Shown: piece by piece, positions 28,807-36,575 of the stretch
How the letters are laid out: each line of letters begins with the position of its first letter
Numbering within the stretch: position 1 is the first letter of the stretch
From: a virus
Taxonomy: Duplodnaviria > Caudoviricetes
Virus record (IMG/VR): IMGVR_UViG_3300010282_000004
Location: 1-64,000 of that record
Length of the DNA stretch: 64,000 nucleotides
Direction: 5' to 3' (one strand)
Position numbers and translations under genes: made by a program
Notes under the pieces: generated by a model
Told to the model about the DNA's origin: nothing
Seen by the model: only the letters and a program-made list of their open reading frames with translations
Database searches by the model: none

Positions 28807-28839
28807 AAAAGATTTGGAAAGAAAGCCAAGTCTTTTTTT
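28807..28839 (+). terminator. Intrinsic terminator
   Basis: aaaagatttgg-loop-ccaagtctttt + T-tract. Confidence 0.55.
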
Positions 28840-28877
28840 GTTTAAATAATCAAATTAAAAATAAGGAGGAAAAAACA

Positions 28878-29702
28878 ATGGCATTTAAATTGGATGATAT
28901 TGTTATTGATCGTATTCAGATGGCTATCGCTGAGAAAACAGATGGTACATTACTTTATACACTTACACAGTTGAGTGAAGCTACAATTGAAACAACTGCT
29001 GAGTCTAAAGAGGCTCGTTCCGCAGAAGGTTCCCTCATTAAAAAGTTTTATCAGGGAAAAGCAGGTACATTTTCCGCTACCAATGCTATGTTGAATTTGA
29101 ACATTCTTGCAGCATCTACTGGTACTGATAAGGTAGTTGGTACAGATTTGGCAAAGGTTACTATGCCTAAGATCGTGGTTGTTCCCGGAACAACAACTTC
29201 TGTTGACTTGTTGGCAGACGGTGAGACATTGGCTGGCGATGGAGTTATCAGAGTAAATGCTCTTGGTAACAACGGTGCTATGGGTGAGTCTTTCGCTGAG
29301 TATACTGGAGATGAAACTAAGCCTGCAAATAAGTGGAAATATAATTCTACCACTGGTGTACTTTCTCTTCCTACACAGGATTCTGAAGGAAACGCAGTAG
29401 AGAAGTTCGTTATTAAGTACGAAAGAAGCACTGCTAACGCAGTTAAGATTACTAATAGTGCAGACAAGTTCCCTGGAACTGTTAAGTTGACATTGAAGGC
29501 TCTTGCAATTGATCCTTGTGAGCCAGATGTTCTTAGAGCTTGCTATATTATCATTCCTTCATTCCAGGTTAGTCCTGAAGTATCTATCACTGTTAACACA
29601 GAAGGTACTTTGGACTATAAGGGTGATATGCAGATTTCTTACTGCTCACCTGACAAGGAACTTTACACAATTGTTATGTGTGCAGATGACGAGGAGGAGT
29701 AA
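28878..29702 (+). CDS. Major tail tube protein
   Basis: Strong RBS aaggagg; highly expressed-style codons; beta-rich; flanked by terminators. Confidence 0.7.
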   Translation: MAFKLDDIVIDRIQMAIAEKTDGTLLYTLTQLSEATIETTAESKEARSAEGSLIKKFYQGKAGTFSATNAMLNLNILAASTGTDKVVGTDLAKVTMPKIVVVPGTTTSVDLLADGETLAGDGVIRVNALGNNGAMGESFAEYTGDETKPANKWKYNSTTGVLSLPTQDSEGNAVEKFVIKYERSTANAVKITNSADKFPGTVKLTLKALAIDPCEPDVLRACYIIIPSFQVSPEVSITVNTEGTLDYKGDMQISYCSPDKELYTIVMCADDEEE

Positions 29703-29728
29703 TCCTTTAGGATTCCAAAATAAATCTT

Positions 29729-29761
29729 TAAGAGAGGGTCTTAGGCCCTCTCTTATTGTTT
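29729..29761 (+). terminator. Intrinsic terminator
   Basis: taagagagggt-ctta-ggccctctctta. Confidence 0.65.
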
Positions 29762-29778
29762 AGAAGGAGAAACGGATA

Positions 29779-30249
29779 ATGAGATCAAGTAAAAATAGCA
29801 AAAAATGTTTAATTTGTGGTAGTTCATATTCTTACTGTCCAAATTGTGGTAGTACAGAAAATTATTGGAAAATGACTTTTTGTAATGAAAACTGTTTGTC
29901 TTTATATAGAATTACTACTGGGCTGAGAGATGGATTATATACTTTGGATGAAGCATATAATTTACTTAAAGATTGCGATACATCTGCAATCGATTCAGAA
30001 AGTTTCAATGAAGATACAAAGAAAATTATTGAAAGAATTTTAAACTCTCAGGTGTCTCCAGTTGTTGAGAAGGTAAAGGATATCTTTGAAAATATGGACA
30101 ACACTGTTGTTGAAGAAGAAGTTATTGAAAGTGAAACAACTGCAGAAGAAGCTGAAGAGCCTGTCGCAGAAAATAATGAGTCCGCAAATTTTAAAAAAGA
30201 AAAAAATAATTATGGTAAGTATAATAAGAACTTTCATAATAAGAAATAG
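29779..30249 (+). CDS. Zn-finger hypothetical protein
   Basis: CLIC..CPNC..FCNENC; acidic C-terminal half. Confidence 0.7.
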   Translation: MRSSKNSKKCLICGSSYSYCPNCGSTENYWKMTFCNENCLSLYRITTGLRDGLYTLDEAYNLLKDCDTSAIDSESFNEDTKKIIERILNSQVSPVVEKVKDIFENMDNTVVEEEVIESETTAEEAEEPVAENNESANFKKEKNNYGKYNKNFHNKK

Positions 30250-30272
30250 TGTCGGTGATTTTAATTTTAACT

Positions 30273-30327
30273 TGGGGTATACATAACCACTCACACTATG
30301 AGTTGTTTTTGTATGCCCCATTTTTTT
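30273..30327 (+). terminator. Long hairpin with U-tract
   Basis: tggggtataca...tgtatgcccca + ttttttt. Confidence 0.6.
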
Positions 30328-30362
30328 ACTTTTACCGACAAGGAGCAGAAAGGAAATACTAT

Positions 30363-30584
30363 ATGGAAAAAAGTAATATCAATGATAAAGAATATTCATT
30401 GCACGATGTTGTAAGAATCTTAGACCCAAAGCAGCAGAAGCTATATATTAAGCACAATGCGTATCCGGTGGATATGTATGTTACAAAAGATATCTACTCT
30501 GGGGATGAGATTCTTATTATGTTGTTTAATAAAAACGAAACTAAGGATTTATATATTAAATGGAAGAACCATGAATTGGTATAG
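30363..30584 (+). CDS. Small hypothetical protein (start ATG 30363)
   Basis: RBS gaaagga before MEKSNIND. Confidence 0.65.
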   Translation: MEKSNINDKEYSLHDVVRILDPKQQKLYIKHNAYPVDMYVTKDIYSGDEILIMLFNKNETKDLYIKWKNHELV

Positions 30585-30587
30585 GTA

Positions 30588-30860
30588 ATGTGTATGAGTA
30601 ATGTTATTGAGCATATAGAAAAAGAATTAAAACGTTATGTAATTGCTACGTTTGATAATCCAACTAATTACGTTGTATGTAATGGGCAGTGTGTATATTC
30701 ATTCATAGATAATATACAGATGGCTACAAAATTTGCAAATAAAGAAATAGCCTATGAAGTATATAACTCTCTTATGAAGAAATATTCTAGTAATGTAGAT
30801 TTAGTTGTTCTTCCATTAAAAATTAAATATGTATTATTGGAGGATGTTGAAAATGGATAA
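30588..30860 (+). CDS. Hypothetical protein
   Basis: Coupled ORF before iscS. Confidence 0.6.
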   Translation: MCMSNVIEHIEKELKRYVIATFDNPTNYVVCNGQCVYSFIDNIQMATKFANKEIAYEVYNSLMKKYSSNVDLVVLPLKIKYVLLEDVENG

Positions 30861-31980
30861 GATGTTTTATTTAGATAATGCGGCCACTACTCCTCTAACC
30901 GACAATGTTAAAAATAGAATTATAGAAGTACTGGATGATTTTGGTAATCCAAGTTCTGTGTCTGAATTAGGCAGAAAGACAAAGAATATTATTGAAGATA
31001 CGAGAAACACAGTTCGCAAATTTATTAATGCACCTGCGAATTCTAATATTATCTTCACTTCAAGCGGATCTTCTGCCAACTGTTTAGCTATTAAAGGATT
31101 AGTTGGAAATTTTGATGATAATAACTATGTTATTCTTTACTCTCCTACCACACATAAGTCTATGCTTAAATGTTGTAAGGATTGTAATTATAGTCATATG
31201 CTTAAAGTAGATAAGTATGGTCATATTGATTTGGATTATCTTGAAGAAAAACTTATTAGTTATAGATACATTGATATCATTCTTTGTATTGAGGCCGCTA
31301 ATTCTGAAATTGGTACCATTCAGAAATTGGATAAGATTGTAAATCTTGCACATAAATATCATTGTATTGTAGTTGTTGATTTCACAGGATACATTCCTTA
31401 TAGGAAGGTTGATGTTTTAAATATGGACATTGACATTGCTACGTTCTCTGGTCATAAACTCCATGCACTTAAGGGAGTTGGTGTTCTTTATAAACTAGAA
31501 GATATTAACTTACATCCATTAGTATACGGTTCACAAGAGGGAGGATTATTTGCTGGCACTGAAAATGTAGTTGGCATCACTTCTTTGGGAGAAGCAATAT
31601 CTACGTATGTCTATGATTACAAAAGCACACATCAACGTGATTATCTTTGGGGTTTGATTAAAGAAGGTATTAAGGATTGTTATCTTGTTGGTGCAGATAA
31701 GATTGGTGAAAGGTTGCCATGCAATTTATTTATTTGTTTTAAGGGGATTGATGGTAGTAATTTAGCATCGTTATTGGAGTTAGAGGGTATATATGTTTCA
31801 ACTGGATCTGCTTGTAATAATTATGTTCCAGACCCATCTTCTACTTTGATTGCTATTGGCATGGATGAGAATGACTACCATTCGTGTATAAGAATTAGTT
31901 TTGAAGGTACGGAAACAGATGAGGATTTAAATTATATATATAAGAAGATTTATGATTGTGTAAACTTCTTGAAAGGATAG
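30853..31980 (+). CDS. iscS: Cysteine desulfurase (IscS/NifS family)
   Basis: YLDNAATTP, GNPSS, NSEIGTIQ, PLP-lysine SGHK, GTEN, catalytic STGSAC. RBS ggagg before ATG 30853. Confidence 0.92.
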   Translation: MDKMFYLDNAATTPLTDNVKNRIIEVLDDFGNPSSVSELGRKTKNIIEDTRNTVRKFINAPANSNIIFTSSGSSANCLAIKGLVGNFDDNNYVILYSPTTHKSMLKCCKDCNYSHMLKVDKYGHIDLDYLEEKLISYRYIDIILCIEAANSEIGTIQKLDKIVNLAHKYHCIVVVDFTGYIPYRKVDVLNMDIDIATFSGHKLHALKGVGVLYKLEDINLHPLVYGSQEGGLFAGTENVVGITSLGEAISTYVYDYKSTHQRDYLWGLIKEGIKDCYLVGADKIGERLPCNLFICFKGIDGSNLASLLELEGIYVSTGSACNNYVPDPSSTLIAIGMDENDYHSCIRISFEGTETDEDLNYIYKKIYDCVNFLKG

Positions 31981-31988
31981 GTGAAAAG

Positions 31989-32804
31989 ATGACTTGGAAA
32001 GAAGCTTATACTAAAATGAAAGAAGCTATTGCAAATAAAAAACCTACTTATAGCCAGTCTGGTTATATGGATGTTGTTGTTGGTGGAAAGAGTTTTACAG
32101 TAAGACGTGACTGTTCCGGATATGTTTCTGCAGCACTTGAGTTGTTTGGAGTATTCTCTCATAACTATAGAACAAACTCTACCGGGTTCTCACATGATAA
32201 AAATGTAGAGTCATTGCTTGTCAAAGCAGGGTTTAAGAAAGTTGCTTTTACTAATTGGGAAAGTTTAGTAGAAGGATCTATTATTTCTGATGACTATGCT
32301 CATGTTGAAATCTTTGGATACAATTCAGGAAAAACACATTATGTTTATTCGAATGGTAGTACTACTACTATGAGGAATTCTGGAGTAACAAAAGACGGTG
32401 GTAAGCATAAGTATGATACAGTTTGGCTTCCACCAACAGAGAATAAACCGATTAGTAATCCAATACCTAGTACTCCTATGTCGAGTGAGTATAGTAAAAC
32501 AGATTTTATTAAAGATATTCAGAGGGCAATTGGAGCAAAGGTAGACGGAATTGCTGGTAGTGAAACATTGTTAAAGACTGTCACTGTTTCAAGATTTATT
32601 AATAATAAACATGCCGTAGTTAAACCATTACAGAAATATTTAAATTCAATTGGTTATAACTGTGGTGTTGTAGATGGTGTAGCTGGGAATCTATTTGATA
32701 CTGCCGTTAAGAAATTTCAGAGAGACAAGCTTGGTATGAGCAATCCTGACGGAGAACTTACAAATGGTGGAAAGTCTTGGAAGAAACTTCTAGGCTTAAT
32801 TTAA
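31989..32804 (+). CDS. Endolysin: NlpC/P60/CHAP-like catalytic domain plus peptidoglycan-binding domain
   Basis: RDCSGYVS...HVEI; C-terminal LQ..L...GY..G.VDG..G..T..AVK.FQ; adjacent holin. Confidence 0.85.
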   Translation: MTWKEAYTKMKEAIANKKPTYSQSGYMDVVVGGKSFTVRRDCSGYVSAALELFGVFSHNYRTNSTGFSHDKNVESLLVKAGFKKVAFTNWESLVEGSIISDDYAHVEIFGYNSGKTHYVYSNGSTTTMRNSGVTKDGGKHKYDTVWLPPTENKPISNPIPSTPMSSEYSKTDFIKDIQRAIGAKVDGIAGSETLLKTVTVSRFINNKHAVVKPLQKYLNSIGYNCGVVDGVAGNLFDTAVKKFQRDKLGMSNPDGELTNGGKSWKKLLGLI

Positions 32805-32818
32805 GGAGGATAAAAACT

Positions 32819-33130
32819 ATGACAGTTGAAGTATTTTTAGGTATTTTAGTTATTAGTGCAGCTGCTACTTCTATTGGAATTGAAATCGTAAAGAATATGT
32901 TGACTACGTTTGGAGTAAAATACAATCCTATGGTTGTTGCAGTATTTTCTGCTTTTGCAGTTGGATGTGCCGAGATGGTCATTTATTTGAACAAGACTGG
33001 CAGTACTGCCAATATTGGGTATACTGTTATTTATTCATTGTGTATGGGTATTGTCAATGTCGTTGGTACTACTACCGGGTATGACACAGTTAAGGCATTT
33101 ATCTTAGCATTGTTCGGCAAGAAAGAATAA
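32819..33130 (+). CDS. Holin (three hydrophobic segments); start ATG 32819
   Basis: RBS aaggagg; TM-like segments; follows the endolysin. Confidence 0.7.
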   Translation: MTVEVFLGILVISAAATSIGIEIVKNMLTTFGVKYNPMVVAVFSAFAVGCAEMVIYLNKTGSTANIGYTVIYSLCMGIVNVVGTTTGYDTVKAFILALFGKKE

Positions 33131-33146
33131 GGAAGGATGGGATGAC

Positions 33147-33659
33147 ATGGCTACTATTGAGGAGTTACTTGATTTAGATGCGTCAGTAGTTTTGTCCTTT
33201 TTTGTAATAGTGTTTGCTCTTGTGGCCGCTTTCGATGCAATTGGTAAGCTATCATTATATATTGGCAAACCTGTAAAATGGGTAAGAAAGAATAATGAAG
33301 ACCATGAGTCAATCATTAAACTTGCAGAAACATTGGATGTTTTAAAGAAACAACAGGACGTTGATAGGGAACAGTCTATTATTCATGATGAGAGAATTCG
33401 TAGTGAGGTAGATAAGTTTGCTACAATGTTCTTTGAAAAAAATATTGAAGATATGCGGTGGCGAATCTTAGATTTCGCCTCTGCTATCTCCAATGGTAGA
33501 AAATTTAATAGAGAGTCATATGACTTTATTATTAAGACATATGATCAGTATGAGAAGATTTTAAAAGAACAAGGGAAAACTAATGGGGTCGTTGACACGA
33601 CAGTTTCGTATATAAGGGAAGAATACATGAAACACCTAAGAAATGGTGATTTTAAATAG
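33147..33659 (+). CDS. Membrane-anchored coiled-coil lysis-associated protein
   Basis: N-terminal TM, coiled coil, C-terminal Y....G.NG motif. Confidence 0.6.
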   Translation: MATIEELLDLDASVVLSFFVIVFALVAAFDAIGKLSLYIGKPVKWVRKNNEDHESIIKLAETLDVLKKQQDVDREQSIIHDERIRSEVDKFATMFFEKNIEDMRWRILDFASAISNGRKFNRESYDFIIKTYDQYEKILKEQGKTNGVVDTTVSYIREEYMKHLRNGDFK

Positions 33660-33708
33660 AACGAAAGGATATGGAGAGTGGCTAATAACCACTCTCCTAT
33701 TTTTAACT

Positions 33709-34215
33709 ATGAGTAAAAAAAAGTGTAGATTAATTGGGTTTGATAGTTCTACAAAGTCTACAGGATATGCAGTCTTTGATGATGGTATTTTCAATTCAGT
33801 TGATAGGATTGATAAGAGTTCAATCAAAGATGGCGGTGTTAGACTTATTGAAATGATTAAAGAGGTACATGAAGTTATTGAGAAATACTCTCCTACTATT
33901 GTTACTTGGGAAGTCCCGGTTGTAATAAGGAATCCTCAGACTCAGAGGGATTTGTCTATGTTGGCTGGTGCAATCATGGGGAAATGTATCGAGAAAAATA
34001 TTTTCTTCTATCCATTACGACCAACTGAATGGAGAAAACTAGTTAAGGACGAATCTGAAAAACTTCCTCGTAAAAGGGACGAGCTTAAAAAGTGGGGAAT
34101 TAATAAGGTGAAAGAACTATTTAATATTGAAGTTGAAAACGATGATGAGTCTGATGCTATTCTATTATGTCAGGCTTATATGAATATATTTAAGGATGGT
34201 GAGAATAATGACTGA
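33709..34215 (+). CDS. ruvC: RuvC-like Holliday junction resolvase
   Basis: LIGFDSSTKSTGYAV, WE, P..W.K, DDESDA acidic motifs. Confidence 0.85.
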   Translation: MSKKKCRLIGFDSSTKSTGYAVFDDGIFNSVDRIDKSSIKDGGVRLIEMIKEVHEVIEKYSPTIVTWEVPVVIRNPQTQRDLSMLAGAIMGKCIEKNIFFYPLRPTEWRKLVKDESEKLPRKRDELKKWGINKVKELFNIEVENDDESDAILLCQAYMNIFKDGENND

Positions 34216-34444
34216 GAATCAAAACATAATGCAGTCAATATTGTTACATATTAGAAAGAATATTATTCTTTCTGGTCTTGATAATCTTGATGACATGAAA
34301 GAACTTGTTGCAATGGCATGCAAGGTTTCTACTCAGATATCAAAGATTGAACATGAAGAATATGAATTTTCCGAAGATGATTTTGAAGAGGACGATGAAT
34401 CTGAAGAAGAATCGGATGATGAATCTGAAGAGGACGATGAATAA
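34208..34444 (+). CDS. Small protein with acidic tail
   Basis: Overlaps the ruvC stop; E/D-rich C-terminus. Confidence 0.6.
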   Translation: MTENQNIMQSILLHIRKNIILSGLDNLDDMKELVAMACKVSTQISKIEHEEYEFSEDDFEEDDESEEESDDESEEDDE

Positions 34445-34463
34445 TAATTTATAATAAGAAAGG

Positions 34464-35069
34464 ATGGGTTATACTATGACCGTAAAGGAATTTTTAGAGG
34501 ATTTAAACAAAGTAACTGGTAATTCAATTAAGGAAGAAAGAATGAAAAAGAACTTAAACGTAAAGCAGTATGTATCATTTATTGATAAAGTCAATCTTGC
34601 TGAACGTGTAGTTTATCATTCTACTCATGATTTCGATCAGGAAGGTAATGTAGTTGGTAATATTACTATCAATTCTATTTCAAAATATTTATTACATGTA
34701 ATGGGTATTATTGATATGTATACTGATCTTGATATTAACTACAATAATCTTGTTGAAGATTACGATTTACTTAATGTTAATGGAATGATTCAGGAAATTG
34801 TAACTCTTATTGGAGAAAAAGAGATTGCCGAATGTCAGATGTTACTTGATATGAAACTTGGAGATTTTATGCAGAATAAATTATCTGTGTACTCTTTTGT
34901 ACGTGATCAGGTTGAAAGGTTTGGTACTCTTTCCGGGATTACACTCTCTTCTATTAAAGAAGGGTTTGCTAATGTAGTAGATAGTCTTACGCCTGAACAG
35001 ATTGAGCAGTTTGCAAATTCTTTTGTAAATAATACTACTAACGAAGACGTTGTAAGGGATGCAGAGTAA
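34464..35069 (+). CDS. Putative tail assembly chaperone
   Basis: Helical 201 aa upstream of the tape measure gene. Confidence 0.5.
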   Translation: MGYTMTVKEFLEDLNKVTGNSIKEERMKKNLNVKQYVSFIDKVNLAERVVYHSTHDFDQEGNVVGNITINSISKYLLHVMGIIDMYTDLDINYNNLVEDYDLLNVNGMIQEIVTLIGEKEIAECQMLLDMKLGDFMQNKLSVYSFVRDQVERFGTLSGITLSSIKEGFANVVDSLTPEQIEQFANSFVNNTTNEDVVRDAE

Positions 35070-35070
35070 T

Positions 35071-35099
35071 TTGACAATTTGTTATATTTGTTATACAAT
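35071..35099 (+). promoter_or_regulatory. Sigma-A/70-type promoter
   Basis: TTGACA (35071-35076), 17-bp spacer, TACAAT (35094-35099). Confidence 0.75.
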
Positions 35100-35133
35100 G
35101 TATGTACAAAATAATATATTGCGAGGTGGTTTT

Positions 35134-35679
35134 ATGAAGAGTAAAAAGAAAACACTTTTTATATTAATACCCATATCATTAATAATTGTAGTTGTAATAG
35201 TTTTAATTGGGTTATATCTTTATTACGGAATACATATATATGACAACAAAGGAAGAGTTAGAGGTTTTGAATCCTTTGCGTTTTCTGGTGACGTATTTCA
35301 AAAACTCAAAAAAATTTATAATGAACCTCCATTTGAAGATGAAGATGGTAACTTACATGAATATATAAAAAATTTTGATGGAATTGACACATGCGATGCT
35401 ACAGTTAAATATTGCTTTTACGACCATCATCATTTAAAGAAAACATGTATATATCTTTCATCTTCAGAATATTCGACAGATGATTTGTATAATAAAATTA
35501 TCAAAAATTTTAGACGGATATTTGGGACTCCAAATATTAGTGTAGATGAACATGGCGAACCTTATGGAAATGTTTATTGGTCAATTAATCGTGGAGAAAA
35601 AGTTACTATTATTAATGTTGAAACAGGATATTTTTACACAGAAGGAATTTATCAAGTATATATAGAGTTTGTATACTAA
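35134..35679 (+). CDS. Moron membrane protein with single N-terminal TM (start ATG 35134)
   Basis: RBS gaggtgg; KSKKK then a long hydrophobic helix; own promoter and terminator; very AT-rich. Confidence 0.75.
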   Translation: MKSKKKTLFILIPISLIIVVVIVLIGLYLYYGIHIYDNKGRVRGFESFAFSGDVFQKLKKIYNEPPFEDEDGNLHEYIKNFDGIDTCDATVKYCFYDHHHLKKTCIYLSSSEYSTDDLYNKIIKNFRRIFGTPNISVDEHGEPYGNVYWSINRGEKVTIINVETGYFYTEGIYQVYIEFVY

Positions 35680-35683
35680 TATT

Positions 35684-35714
35684 TAAGAGAGTGGTAATCC
35701 ACTCTCTTATTTTT
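35684..35714 (+). terminator. Moron terminator
   Basis: taagagagtgg-taat-ccactctctta + T-tract. Confidence 0.7.
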
Positions 35715-35732
35715 ATAGAAAGGAATATTGAA

Positions 35733-35885
35733 ATGAAAAAATGGATTGCACCAAATATTGAAATTGAAGATATTAAGGACACCGCTGCCGGTGGTGGTAA
35801 ACCTACTAGACACGATGGGTTTATTTGGGAAAGAACTGATGGCAATCGTGTTGTTATGGTTGAAGAGTATTTCCCGGTTTCATAA
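35733..35885 (+). CDS. Paeninodin-type lasso peptide precursor-like peptide (50 aa)
   Basis: RBS gaaagga. Leader MKKWIAPNIEIEDIKDTA (WxxPxI...D..xT), Gly-rich core with Asp, C-terminal Ser. Confidence 0.65.
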   Translation: MKKWIAPNIEIEDIKDTAAGGGKPTRHDGFIWERTDGNRVVMVEEYFPVS

Positions 35886-35988
35886 CATATAATGGAATAA
35901 CTACTCTTCTATTACACTCAACTCTCATTGGCCTCAAAACCATTGGGAGTTTTTCTATTAAAAATATAATGAAAGGATCGGTGATAAT

Positions 35989-36564
35989 ATGGCTACTCTT
36001 CCATACTATAAGCAATTTGATTTTATAGAAAAAGATGTTGAAAAAATGTGTAAGGAAATTACGCATAAACTTGCAAAAAGCGCAAGAACAGATATGGTAA
36101 CTGCTAGTAATTCGTTGATAAAACAATATTACGATATTTATAGACCAGATAAAGGAGAACCATATTATTATAATAGAGGATACAATTTGTTTAATATGAT
36201 ATTTGTCAAACCTTTAAGAGACAAAAATAAAAAGGGGTTTATTGGGTCTACTGCAACTGTTCAAACTGGTGCTGAATACATGAATGATGATTATAAAAAA
36301 AATCAGTACAAACCATTAATTTATGATCTTGTATGGAATGCTGCACACAGAGGTTTGCCAACACAAATGAATTTAGAAAAAATTGATCCAGATAGGTTTA
36401 AAGGATGGACATGGAATCCAAGTTACAAAGATGAATATGGAGATAATTATAATGCAGTAACACCACACTTACTCATAATAAATTATATGAATAAATGGGG
36501 GAAAATATGCGGTAAAAGATTAGATAATATTATTAAATATTATCATAAGAGTGTTAGATTTTAG
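35989..36564 (+). CDS. Putative HK97-gp10-like tail component
   Basis: YY..Y.P....YY.R..NL pattern; immediately upstream of the tape measure gene. Confidence 0.45.
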   Translation: MATLPYYKQFDFIEKDVEKMCKEITHKLAKSARTDMVTASNSLIKQYYDIYRPDKGEPYYYNRGYNLFNMIFVKPLRDKNKKGFIGSTATVQTGAEYMNDDYKKNQYKPLIYDLVWNAAHRGLPTQMNLEKIDPDRFKGWTWNPSYKDEYGDNYNAVTPHLLIINYMNKWGKICGKRLDNIIKYYHKSVRF

Positions 36565-36575
36565 GAGGTATAAAG

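Noticed and set aside
34464-35069. Programmed -1 frameshift in the tail chaperone
   Set aside because: GGGTTTG near 34961 is not in the X XXY YYZ register and no extended downstream frame is evident.
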